This document shows positions 34,664 through 43,303 of a DNA stretch of 64,000 nucleotides, piece by piece. Position 1 is the stretch's first letter. Every line of letters begins with the position of its first letter. Both the position numbers and the translations under genes were made by a program. The DNA is from Nitrososphaeraceae archaeon (GTDB lineage: Archaea > Thermoproteota > Nitrososphaeria > Nitrososphaerales > Nitrososphaeraceae), in assembly GCA_044870765.1 (NCBI GenBank), contig JBIOZG010000032.1:13598-77597 (forward strand). Reading direction: 5' to 3'. Under the pieces are notes generated by a model. It saw only the letters and a list, made by a program, of their open reading frames with translations, did not search any database and was not told the origin of the DNA.

Positions 34664-35293
34664 TTAATTATTGATGTATTCTATTAAACTGGTAATAGAG
34701 CTAAAATTACCCACTTCAGTCAAGCTATGAGCATCACTGCCCAAATGTAGACTAATATTATTTTCTTTAAATATCTGCAACCATTTCATTGGTGGTCTGC
34801 GATATTTTGCATTTACTTCAATTGTTTTGTTATTGCTTTTCAATAATTGTGATAATTCGATTAACTCCTTATCGGTCAAATCGAATGATTCTTCTGGAGC
34901 CAAATGGCCAATGACGTTTACATAAGGTAAGGAAATTGCCGATTTCAAAGAAAAAAGCCAATCTTGCTTATCATAATATTTTGTATGAAAACTTGCTATC
35001 AAAAAATGGTCTTCATATTCAGAAGGTACATCCACAGTGCCATCTTTCAAAATTTTTGCCTCAAAACCGGAAATTATAGTCATCTTGGTACCAGATGATA
35101 TAATTCGGTCTATATCATCAAGGTATTTAGGTATCCAATCAGAGGTTTTTCTTACATGTTCCGTGAATGCTAAAGTATCCAAGTTAATTGTTTCAGCATA
35201 TCTTGTTACTCTTTCAACCGACAAATCTTGAGGTGAATGGTCATTGTAGTTGCTATGTACATGATAATCCTTTTTTAGATCAAGCAAGTGCAT
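34664..35293 (-). CDS. PHP-domain phosphoesterase
   Basis: DYHVHS, FTEH, GFEA, ASFH, IGH and GSDAH metal motifs. Confidence 0.9.
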   Translation of the reverse strand: MHLLDLKKDYHVHSNYNDHSPQDLSVERVTRYAETINLDTLAFTEHVRKTSDWIPKYLDDIDRIISSGTKMTIISGFEAKILKDGTVDVPSEYEDHFLIASFHTKYYDKQDWLFSLKSAISLPYVNVIGHLAPEESFDLTDKELIELSQLLKSNNKTIEVNAKYRRPPMKWLQIFKENNISLHLGSDAHSLTEVGNFSSITSLIEYINN

Positions 35294-35419
35294 TTTAATT
35301 ATTTGATTGCATATTTTAGTTTATTTTGAAATAAAAACGTTCGATAGGACAGCTAAGAGACATAGTCTGAAAATTTTTATATGATGTTGAATAAAATTTC
35401 ATTTCGGATATGAAATTGC

Positions 35420-36400
35420 TTGAATAGCGCATCAAATTCTATTGTGTTAGTTCCAGGTGCTTCTGCACCAGCTGCAATTAATACAATAAAATCTCTAAGA
35501 AGGGTAAAATATCCTGTAACAATAATAAGTTCAGACACAAACCCTATCTCAGCAGGCTTTTATTTGTCTGATGCGCATGAAGTGTTACCAGAAATAGATA
35601 ACCCATCATACACGACTAGCCTTTTTGAAATAATTGCAAAGCACAATATTGGTATTCTGATGCCATCATCAGGCTATGACATATATCATTTTAGTAAAAA
35701 TAAAGGAAAATTATTGGAACGAGGAGCATTGGCTGTTGTAAGCGATGAAGAAGTCCTGGAAAAATGCAGGGACAAAATGGAGACTTTTAGTTTTCTTTCA
35801 CAAAAGTTCGCATTACCTTTCACAACGGCTGACCCTGTTAAAATAAGAGAATTTCCGATAATTGCAAAACCAAGATACGGTAAAGGAAGCAAAGGAATAG
35901 TAAAAATAGACAACGAGAATGATCTAAAATACGTCCAATCAAAAAACGATAACATGATTTTTCAAGAATATTTGCCAGGCACCGAATACACTATAGATGT
36001 ACTGTCGGATTTAGATGGTGAACCGATTATTGCTGTTCCGCGAATCAGACTACAAACAAAAGCTGGAATTTCCACAATCGGTAAAATTGTTATGGATGAG
36101 TCGATTTCAGGGACATGCAAGTCTATTGCAAAATACCTAAAGATAATAGGGCCTTGTTGTATTCAGATGAAAGAAACAAAAGATGGTATTCTCAACGTAG
36201 TGGAAATTAATCCTCGTTTAGGTGGTGGTACTATTTTTACTGCCTTGGCCGGTGCGAATTTTCCTGCAATGATTTTGGACATGGTGAATGGCAAGAAACT
36301 CAAAGCGCCACTAATATCTGAAATTACCGTAGTCAGATATTTTGAAGAGATAGTAGTGGAAAATGGAAAGGTAATGAAATATGACTTGAATTCAGTATGA
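35420..36400 (+). CDS. ATP-grasp domain protein (carbamoyl-phosphate-synthase-like, EPS-locus type)
   Basis: KPRYGKGSKG, QEYLPGTEYTID, EINPRLGGG. Confidence 0.88.
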   Translation: MNSASNSIVLVPGASAPAAINTIKSLRRVKYPVTIISSDTNPISAGFYLSDAHEVLPEIDNPSYTTSLFEIIAKHNIGILMPSSGYDIYHFSKNKGKLLERGALAVVSDEEVLEKCRDKMETFSFLSQKFALPFTTADPVKIREFPIIAKPRYGKGSKGIVKIDNENDLKYVQSKNDNMIFQEYLPGTEYTIDVLSDLDGEPIIAVPRIRLQTKAGISTIGKIVMDESISGTCKSIAKYLKIIGPCCIQMKETKDGILNVVEINPRLGGGTIFTALAGANFPAMILDMVNGKKLKAPLISEITVVRYFEEIVVENGKVMKYDLNSV

Positions 36401-36612
36401 TATCCACATTTTCTTGCATGTTTTTTTTACAACTAACATCTTTTATGTCAAAGGCTTCACCAATTTTGCACGGCCAATATCCTGTGAATTTCATCATAAT
36501 TACCGAAAACCCTACTATCATCATGATGGTAACAAAAATCACGCTAATGTATCGCATTTAGGAATCACTCAAGACAATACATCTCTATCAGCAATAAACT
36601 CATATTTTGTGG

Positions 36613-38046
36613 CTATCTCCAGCTCCTGTTTCTTATGGTTATTGCCGAATATATCAAGAGCCAGGTAAATACAAACGTAGTAATGAATGTAAAGGGCGGT
36701 CTGTATAACCAAAGACCGTCATTCGGATTTCTAAGTCTGTATTCTACAGAATAAATCATCCCTGTAAACATTAGACCGACAATCCAAAACAAGATTGAAG
36801 CAAAATCGCCTTTTATTGGTAAAATTGCAATTGTGTAAAAAAGAACGTATGGCCTAATAAGCTTCATTGCTATTTGAATGTAGTATAAAAGTGCAATAAA
36901 AGAAGGTCTTTTCCAAAATATTCCACCTGTTGCAAACAGACTACGAATAAAGCTCTTCTTCCAGCGTATTTGTTGTCTTGCTAGTGATTCGAACGTCTTG
37001 GGCACTCCAACATTTACCCTTATGCTGTAGGAATATTCCACATTCCATTTTATTGGGCTATTTGAAATTTCTGTATCTGGGTCAAAAGAGTTTTTCATTG
37101 TCTCGATGTCATCTGCGCCAGTTTGCAAGATTGGCATATGTTCATTTTGCTTTTTTTCTAAAGAGATATCATGTTTTGAACGTGTACCCAATACATGTGC
37201 CGTCATTCTTCTATCAGTACAAAACTTAAAATCTATTCCCAAAAATTTATCATTGGCCCACTCGTGAATAAAGTCCTGAATTGCAACTCTTCGGTAAAAA
37301 CTGAGTGACCCAGAACAGCACGATACTGATTTAAAGGAACTCTCGGCTGCTTTTATTGATCTACATGATATATCTATATAGACCTGTTGAAATTTTTCTA
37401 TTGTATTGCCACGTTGTGCATCCCTGACCCTTCCATGACAAGTTAAGGCGCCTAATTTTCTATCGTTATTAAAAATTTTCGCAGCCTTTTCGACTGCGTC
37501 GGAAGCCATGTCACAATCACTATCCATAAAGGCATATATTTCTCCACGGGCTATTTCACTTGCTGCTTCTACAGCCTTTTTCTTTCCAACACTCTTTGAT
37601 AAATGCAATATTCGAAAACTGTCTTTCCTGTTTTCCTTGCGCATTTCATCTAAAATTTCACCAGTTCTGTCTGTACTACCATCATTAACAACGATTATTT
37701 CCTTTTGTTCATATGTTTGATTCAGACAGGACTGAACGCAATTTCGTATATTTTTTTCTTCATTTTTTGCAGGTACTACTATACTTATTAGAGGACCATT
37801 TGACACCTCAATATTTCTAGCGTTTAGGTACGGATCTTTATACTTAAAGTAGGAAAGAATTAGAATGCTGAGTAAAACAAAGCTAGTGAGAATACTGTAG
37901 ATACCTACTAATGGATCCACTAGTGAAATTGTGAAATAAATTTTAGCCACTAGGACACATCCTACAGCAATGACCATCAGTACTCTTGCGAGCCATTTAC
38001 TTTTTTCAACCTCTGAATATCTTGAAGCTTGTTCTTGTAAAGTCAT
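36613..38046 (-). CDS. Processive GT2 glycosyltransferase, hyaluronan synthase/NodC-like
   Basis: Two N-terminal TMs; NDGSTD, GKKKA, MDSDC, CCSGSLSFYRR, TDRRMT, QQIRWKKSF; C-terminal TMs ending SWR. Confidence 0.88.
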   Translation of the reverse strand: MTLQEQASRYSEVEKSKWLARVLMVIAVGCVLVAKIYFTISLVDPLVGIYSILTSFVLLSILILSYFKYKDPYLNARNIEVSNGPLISIVVPAKNEEKNIRNCVQSCLNQTYEQKEIIVVNDGSTDRTGEILDEMRKENRKDSFRILHLSKSVGKKKAVEAASEIARGEIYAFMDSDCDMASDAVEKAAKIFNNDRKLGALTCHGRVRDAQRGNTIEKFQQVYIDISCRSIKAAESSFKSVSCCSGSLSFYRRVAIQDFIHEWANDKFLGIDFKFCTDRRMTAHVLGTRSKHDISLEKKQNEHMPILQTGADDIETMKNSFDPDTEISNSPIKWNVEYSYSIRVNVGVPKTFESLARQQIRWKKSFIRSLFATGGIFWKRPSFIALLYYIQIAMKLIRPYVLFYTIAILPIKGDFASILFWIVGLMFTGMIYSVEYRLRNPNDGLWLYRPPFTFITTFVFTWLLIYSAITIRNRSWR

Positions 38047-38181
38047 TCATTGACACCAACCACAGTAAATCTTGATCTAGATAATAATTTCAATAAACAT
38101 ACTTCACTACATATAGAGTTTGTTTTTCTTATTAATTTTGTTATTGAGATAAACATGATGAGTTGGTGGAGTAGGATAAAT

Positions 38182-39477
38182 TTAGATGTGGGGTGCAATT
38201 TCTCTTACACTAAATTTTTTGATATCCACATCTGTAGCTTCATCCCACCTAAACGCCGCTATTGGTCCACCCCACGTTATTATTTGATCGGCCTTACCAC
38301 CACATTCTCCTCCTGCATTTCCCCATCCGCCTTTGTCAGTTTTTTCATTTGCCTTTATCCAATTATTGTTGTTGTTTTTATCTACCCAAAGCTCTAATTT
38401 TACTACAGGTTTGTCTTTTTCAACTGCATTATACATGATTACTTTAAATCCTACCCACTTGCCACTGATTGGTCCAATATTTTCTCCAAATTCACCAAAA
38501 GCATATCCGCCTGTATGCCATTGTTCTTTAGTCCATCTCGTATTACCATCGTAAAACAAGTCTCCCTTGTATGCGGTACCTTCGCATCCTGCAGGAGCTC
38601 CGAACCCGGTATGTCTTGCCCCTCTTGCGTACCAAACAAAATTATCATTATTGCCGCTGTTCAGCTTGACGTATCCAGTTATTTCTACATCTCTCCAATC
38701 GTTTGGAGATTGCATGTATCCGGCCATTGCAATCTTGTTGTGATCTAAAGTATCAATTTTTTCGGGATTAAATCCTGAAGAAGTAAATACTCCCATTCTC
38801 ACCTTCGTGGATTTAATCTTAAATGAACCATCAGAGTTTTTTGTTAGCATTGTTTGAGGTGAGAACTGAGGATCGCTATTGGGATCAGATTTGAGATACC
38901 ATTGTTGACCGTCTTTTTTTGTCTGAAAGATTTTCAGTACTCCAAATTTGTCAAAGCTTTTTTTTTCATCACTGGACTTGATTACTACATTATCCTGTGA
39001 GGCATCATCTACATTACAATTTTCATCAATCTGTCCGTTTCCATCATTATCCTGACCGTCTCCACATATCTCCTGTTCAGGAACTACTGGAGGAGATTGA
39101 TTGTTATCGTCGCCCTGTGGGGTATCACCTACAGTACAGTACTCATCAATCTGTCCGTTTCCATCATTATCCTGACCGTCTCCACATATTTCCGGCTTTG
39201 CAACCTTTTCTTGAATCAGACTATCAATAAGCTGATTAATCACCTCATTAGTATTGGAATTCGGATCTTTCTTTTCAGTAGTGAGAAAATAATCGTAAAT
39301 AACTTGGTCGGCAGCCGATTTGTAAAAGGGATTACTTTTCGCGGCACTTTCAGATACGTAAGTAAATGGAAATCCTTCTGAGTTTTGCATTAGCTGAGGA
39401 ATTGACAGATTAAATGAAAGCAGTATAGCCAATATTACTGATACAAGCAAAGGCTTCGAATTCGGAACTCTCTTCAT
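38182..39477 (-). CDS. Secreted protein with two MopE-type 'EICGDGxDNDxNGxIDE' repeats and a Trp/Gly-rich beta-sandwich domain
   Basis: Signal peptide; EICGDGQDNDGNGQIDE twice; C-terminal YARGARH, KEQWH, WVGFKVIMYN, FRWD domain (putative lyase/CBM, inferred). Confidence 0.8.
   Translation of the reverse strand: MKRVPNSKPLLVSVILAILLSFNLSIPQLMQNSEGFPFTYVSESAAKSNPFYKSAADQVIYDYFLTTEKKDPNSNTNEVINQLIDSLIQEKVAKPEICGDGQDNDGNGQIDEYCTVGDTPQGDDNNQSPPVVPEQEICGDGQDNDGNGQIDENCNVDDASQDNVVIKSSDEKKSFDKFGVLKIFQTKKDGQQWYLKSDPNSDPQFSPQTMLTKNSDGSFKIKSTKVRMGVFTSSGFNPEKIDTLDHNKIAMAGYMQSPNDWRDVEITGYVKLNSGNNDNFVWYARGARHTGFGAPAGCEGTAYKGDLFYDGNTRWTKEQWHTGGYAFGEFGENIGPISGKWVGFKVIMYNAVEKDKPVVKLELWVDKNNNNNWIKANEKTDKGGWGNAGGECGGKADQIITWGGPIAAFRWDEATDVDIKKFSVREIAPHI
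39023..39189. repeat. 47-bp exact direct repeat, 120-bp period
   Basis: tcatcaatctgtccgtttccatcattatcctgaccgtctccacatat at 39023-39069 and 39143-39189. Confidence 0.95.
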
Positions 39478-39905
39478 TTGAAAAGAGTCACCGCCAAAAC
39501 ATCATAAGTTATCACGAATACTAATAAAACAATGAAAGGCTTGGATACTGGGTAAGACGTAATTTTATGTCTAGTAATTAGTTTTTTTACAGAATACACG
39601 TTTTGATACTTGAAAACAAGATATTAATACAAAAGCATAATTTCTACCTAAATTTGGTTTTAATAGTATTGAACATAAAACTCTTTTTTAGTATACAAAC
39701 ATAACTATCTTTCTTAATAATTATCAATTTTTCTATGACAATTAACTCGAAGATTTTGAAATAAGTACATCATGAATTAAAAAAAACAAATTCAAAAAGT
39801 TTCGGATTTTCCGTATGGATCCTGAGATATGTGGGTGCAATAACTCAAAATTATAACTATAACTTTAATATAGTGTCCTAGATTGATATATCTATTTAAA
39901 TTCAG

Positions 39906-40964
39906 TTGTATTACTATAATATTCATGACATAATAAAAGTTCAATCGGATGTAGTTCTGTATGAGCTGCAATACTTTAAATCAGAAATATTTGAGAACCC
40001 TGATTTGACTGTTAGAACCATGGACTCTCTCCCCGGTGGAGTGAGATTTTCTAGAAAGATAATAGAAGATAGATCTGCTAATTCGCATAAGATACTCTAT
40101 ACAGAACATTTAGGGTCATTAGGCGCTCAATTCAGTATCGATTTTGGTGAGAAAATTGAAGTAACTATTAACAAATTGATATCAAAGTCCAAACATGTCC
40201 TCTATGTAAACCTGGTAGAGCCATTACTTCGCTTCCTTTTCATTTCACGAGGATTCATACTACTACACTCTGCATGTCTGGACAAGAATGATTCCGGACT
40301 ACTCATGTCGGCACCTCCGGACACCGGGAAAACCACGACAGTTTTAAAATGTGTAAAAAATGGATTCTCATTTTTATCCGACGATATGACTATAATTAAA
40401 TTGCCTAATCAAGCAATGTGTTTTCCTAAACCAATGACTATAAGTTCACACACTTTTAAAACTGCTGTGAGTGTTTCTAATACACGTGACACTGATCGCA
40501 GCATGAGAGTACGAAGCTTAGTTCATTCAAAAACAGGTAGATCATTTATGCACAAGTTAGCCAAGCTAAATGTGCCCATATTTACTATTAATACAATTGG
40601 TCAATCAATAGTTAGACCACCGAAGTATAGTATAAATACAATTTTGCAAGATGCCATTATAAAGAAAGATACTCGAGTGGATACTCTGTATTTCCTGAAG
40701 AGGGAAGGTAACGAGTTTATTCGCCTAGATACTGAAACGGCTCTTAATCTTGCTGTTGAAAATAGTGATGATGCGTTTATTTTCCCGCCCTATGCTGAGT
40801 TACTGAAATATATCGCTATAAAAGGAAAAAGCGCACTAGAATTGCTGGAGGAAGAAAAGAAATTATTGCTTTCATTCCTATCTGGAATTAGCTGCTACAT
40901 GGTTAAAAGTGAAACAAGGGCCTGGTTTACTATGATTTCAAAATCCACTCAGAATAAGGCATAA
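39906..40964 (+). CDS. HPr-kinase-related P-loop protein
   Basis: LLHSAC, APPDTGKTT Walker A, LSDD, FPKP. Confidence 0.75.
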   Translation: MYYYNIHDIIKVQSDVVLYELQYFKSEIFENPDLTVRTMDSLPGGVRFSRKIIEDRSANSHKILYTEHLGSLGAQFSIDFGEKIEVTINKLISKSKHVLYVNLVEPLLRFLFISRGFILLHSACLDKNDSGLLMSAPPDTGKTTTVLKCVKNGFSFLSDDMTIIKLPNQAMCFPKPMTISSHTFKTAVSVSNTRDTDRSMRVRSLVHSKTGRSFMHKLAKLNVPIFTINTIGQSIVRPPKYSINTILQDAIIKKDTRVDTLYFLKREGNEFIRLDTETALNLAVENSDDAFIFPPYAELLKYIAIKGKSALELLEEEKKLLLSFLSGISCYMVKSETRAWFTMISKSTQNKA

Positions 40965-41038
40965 TTTGAATGGTCCATATGAATTCTCCTACAATCATCA
41001 AAATTATATCATTAATTAATTTCGACTACTGGAGATGA

Positions 41039-42205
41039 ATCAAGATATTCAAATCGGTTCGTCATCATGAAGGACTAATCTACATTACACTAGGTAATTT
41101 TGTTGGGGCAACTCTCACAGGAATATTCTGGCTGTTACTTGCTATGTTCCAGGAAGTTCACGAATATGGACAAATAAATTATGTGATAGCCATTGCCTCT
41201 CTCTCCTCTAGCGTATCGTTACTTGGACTCAATACTGCAGTAACCACTCTAATTCCGCAGGGTCACAAGCAAATTGACATACAGGCAAATCAAGTTATCC
41301 TAATTTCAGCAACGATTTGTGCAATAATTGCGTCTCTCTTTAATTGGATACTAGGATTGTTTGTGCTGGGGATGGCCTTCTGGATGATGTCCTCTTATGA
41401 GCTTTTGAGTAAAAAGTTATACTCAAAGTACGCTATTAACATTATCGGTTCGCGAGGTTCTCAACTTGTCTTGTCAATGATACTCTATAATTTTCTTGGA
41501 CTTAACGGAATAATTATTGGGTTTATAATTGCTTTCTTTGCATTTAGCTTTACCTATTTTAGGACGATTCCACAATTTAGTAAACGTTTTGGCAACATAA
41601 AAAAGGAGTTCAAGACTTCATTGCATCTATATTCGTATAACCTTTCCAATGCTTTGCTATTGTATTTAGATAAATTAATTATTGCTCCTATCTATGGCTA
41701 TACAATTTTGGGTTATTACCAATTGGGTTTTCAGTTTTTGATGTTTTTTAGTATGATCTCGGTTAGTTTCTATCAATATCTGATACCAGAAGAGTCAAGT
41801 GGAAGGAAAAGAAACAGATTAAGGATATATGGAATTGCACTTTCGATAATCATAACAATTTTGGTGTTTGTTTTTGCACCCGTAATGCTAGAAAACTTCT
41901 TTCCAAATTACATTAATTCACTTAATTCCATAAGGATTCTAAGTTTTGGCATAATTCCAATGATGATAACAGGTACATTGAATTCAAAGTTCTTGGCTAT
42001 GAAGCGCACTCGTTATGTTCTATTTTCATCAATAACCTATCAAGTAACACAAATAATTCTTATAATAATCCTCGGTAAATTCTTAGGGATTAACGGAATA
42101 TCATTATCCGTAGTGATTGCAATGATTTTTCAGATAACGTTTCTTGGTATAGCCCATTTACACCTAAATAAAAATAGTAAACAAAGTAGACCAACCAGTA
42201 CTTGA
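41039..42205 (+). CDS. Polysaccharide flippase (Wzx/MATE-like); 5' end ambiguous
   Basis: About 11-12 TMs; EYGQINY, LDKLIIAP, LGYYQLG. Frame is open from 41039, upstream of the tracked ATG at 41144. Confidence 0.8.
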   Translation: MKIFKSVRHHEGLIYITLGNFVGATLTGIFWLLLAMFQEVHEYGQINYVIAIASLSSSVSLLGLNTAVTTLIPQGHKQIDIQANQVILISATICAIIASLFNWILGLFVLGMAFWMMSSYELLSKKLYSKYAINIIGSRGSQLVLSMILYNFLGLNGIIIGFIIAFFAFSFTYFRTIPQFSKRFGNIKKEFKTSLHLYSYNLSNALLLYLDKLIIAPIYGYTILGYYQLGFQFLMFFSMISVSFYQYLIPEESSGRKRNRLRIYGIALSIIITILVFVFAPVMLENFFPNYINSLNSIRILSFGIIPMMITGTLNSKFLAMKRTRYVLFSSITYQVTQIILIIILGKFLGINGISLSVVIAMIFQITFLGIAHLHLNKNSKQSRPTST

Positions 42206-42341
42206 ATTGAACCAACACTCTGAATTATCTGTATTAATTACTATTGGCTTGGTCCATTTTTTATCTTACTGTGTTTTATGATATCTCGGATTTCAAATTA
42301 TGAAATAAGTTAATTGTTTCTTATGATTTTAAAATGTAACT

Positions 42342-42569
42342 TCAAGGAGTATCGATGCTCTGGTGGGTGTTTTTACATATTAATGTATTATCATTGTTTA
42401 TTTTATCGTCGCAGTCGTTACTTTGTCAAGTACTTACATGAACATCAATTGGGGTATTATCTCAAGTAACAGTTAGACTGTTTATGACATTTTGCAAATC
42501 ATTTAGACATAGACTATTATTATCTCCATTTATTGTCTCGTCGCAATCGTTTACTTGCTTCGTTTTTAT
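42342..42569 (-). pseudogene. Remnant of a Cys/Asn/Asp repeat protein with two internal stops
   Basis: Translation: IKTKQVNDCDETINGDNNSLCLNDLQNVINSLTVT*DNTPIDVHVST*QSNDCDDKINNDNTLICKNTHQSIDTP*. Confidence 0.6.
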
Positions 42570-42635
42570 ATAATAAACACTTTAGAAAATCACAATTTAA
42601 GTCATTGCCAATTTTAGGATATAAAAATGACTTGT

Positions 42636-43277
42636 TTACTCTTTCTTGTTTTCGGGGTCATTATCAAGTGTCCACGGAAACCAATGTCCAATGATTTTTG
42701 CCCAGTCTATTTTCAAAGCACAATAAATTATTGCTCCTAGGGCAGCAACACTTGCGATAGTTACTACTATTAAGTAATCTATGTTTGTTGAATTTGACAT
42801 CATGTTGTTTACAAACGGTTTTCCGAAATAGATCGCTCCTATTACAAACATTTCGTTTAATACAAATTTTCCCAAAAAAGTTGCTATGGCAAATTTCCAA
42901 GGACTATATTTGGCAAGGCCCAATGGGATATATACTATATCATCAGGTATTGGACTTACAGCAGCAATAAATGCACCTATTGCACCATATCTACCTAGTA
43001 ATCTCTGTAAAGGAATCATTTTCCCCTTAATTTTTGAACTTAACATATTCCTGCCATAATAACTTGCATAAAAAATGATTAATTTTGCGATTACCGCGCC
43101 AATGGCGCTTGAAAGCGCAATTAAAGTTGGATTTAAATTATCATTAAAAGCTGCTGTAATCAATACTGGGAAATATGGGATAGGTACAAAAACAATTATA
43201 CTTCCAACAAAACTAATTAGTAATATACCTAAATATCCAAAATCGTCATAGAATGAAAATAATTGGTCAATATCCAA
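42636..43277 (-). CDS. DedA/VTT (SNARE-associated) family membrane protein
   Basis: FVPIPY, SPIPDD..YIPLG, KFAIATFLGK. Confidence 0.88.
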   Translation of the reverse strand: MDIDQLFSFYDDFGYLGILLISFVGSIIVFVPIPYFPVLITAAFNDNLNPTLIALSSAIGAVIAKLIIFYASYYGRNMLSSKIKGKMIPLQRLLGRYGAIGAFIAAVSPIPDDIVYIPLGLAKYSPWKFAIATFLGKFVLNEMFVIGAIYFGKPFVNNMMSNSTNIDYLIVVTIASVAALGAIIYCALKIDWAKIIGHWFPWTLDNDPENKKE

Positions 43278-43303
43278 TTCTTCTCAGAACTTGAATCTCT
43301 TTC

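Noticed and set aside
39023-39189. Exact 47-bp repeat considered as a CRISPR or att site
   Set aside because: Only two copies, in frame within a coding motif; no cas or integrase genes nearby.
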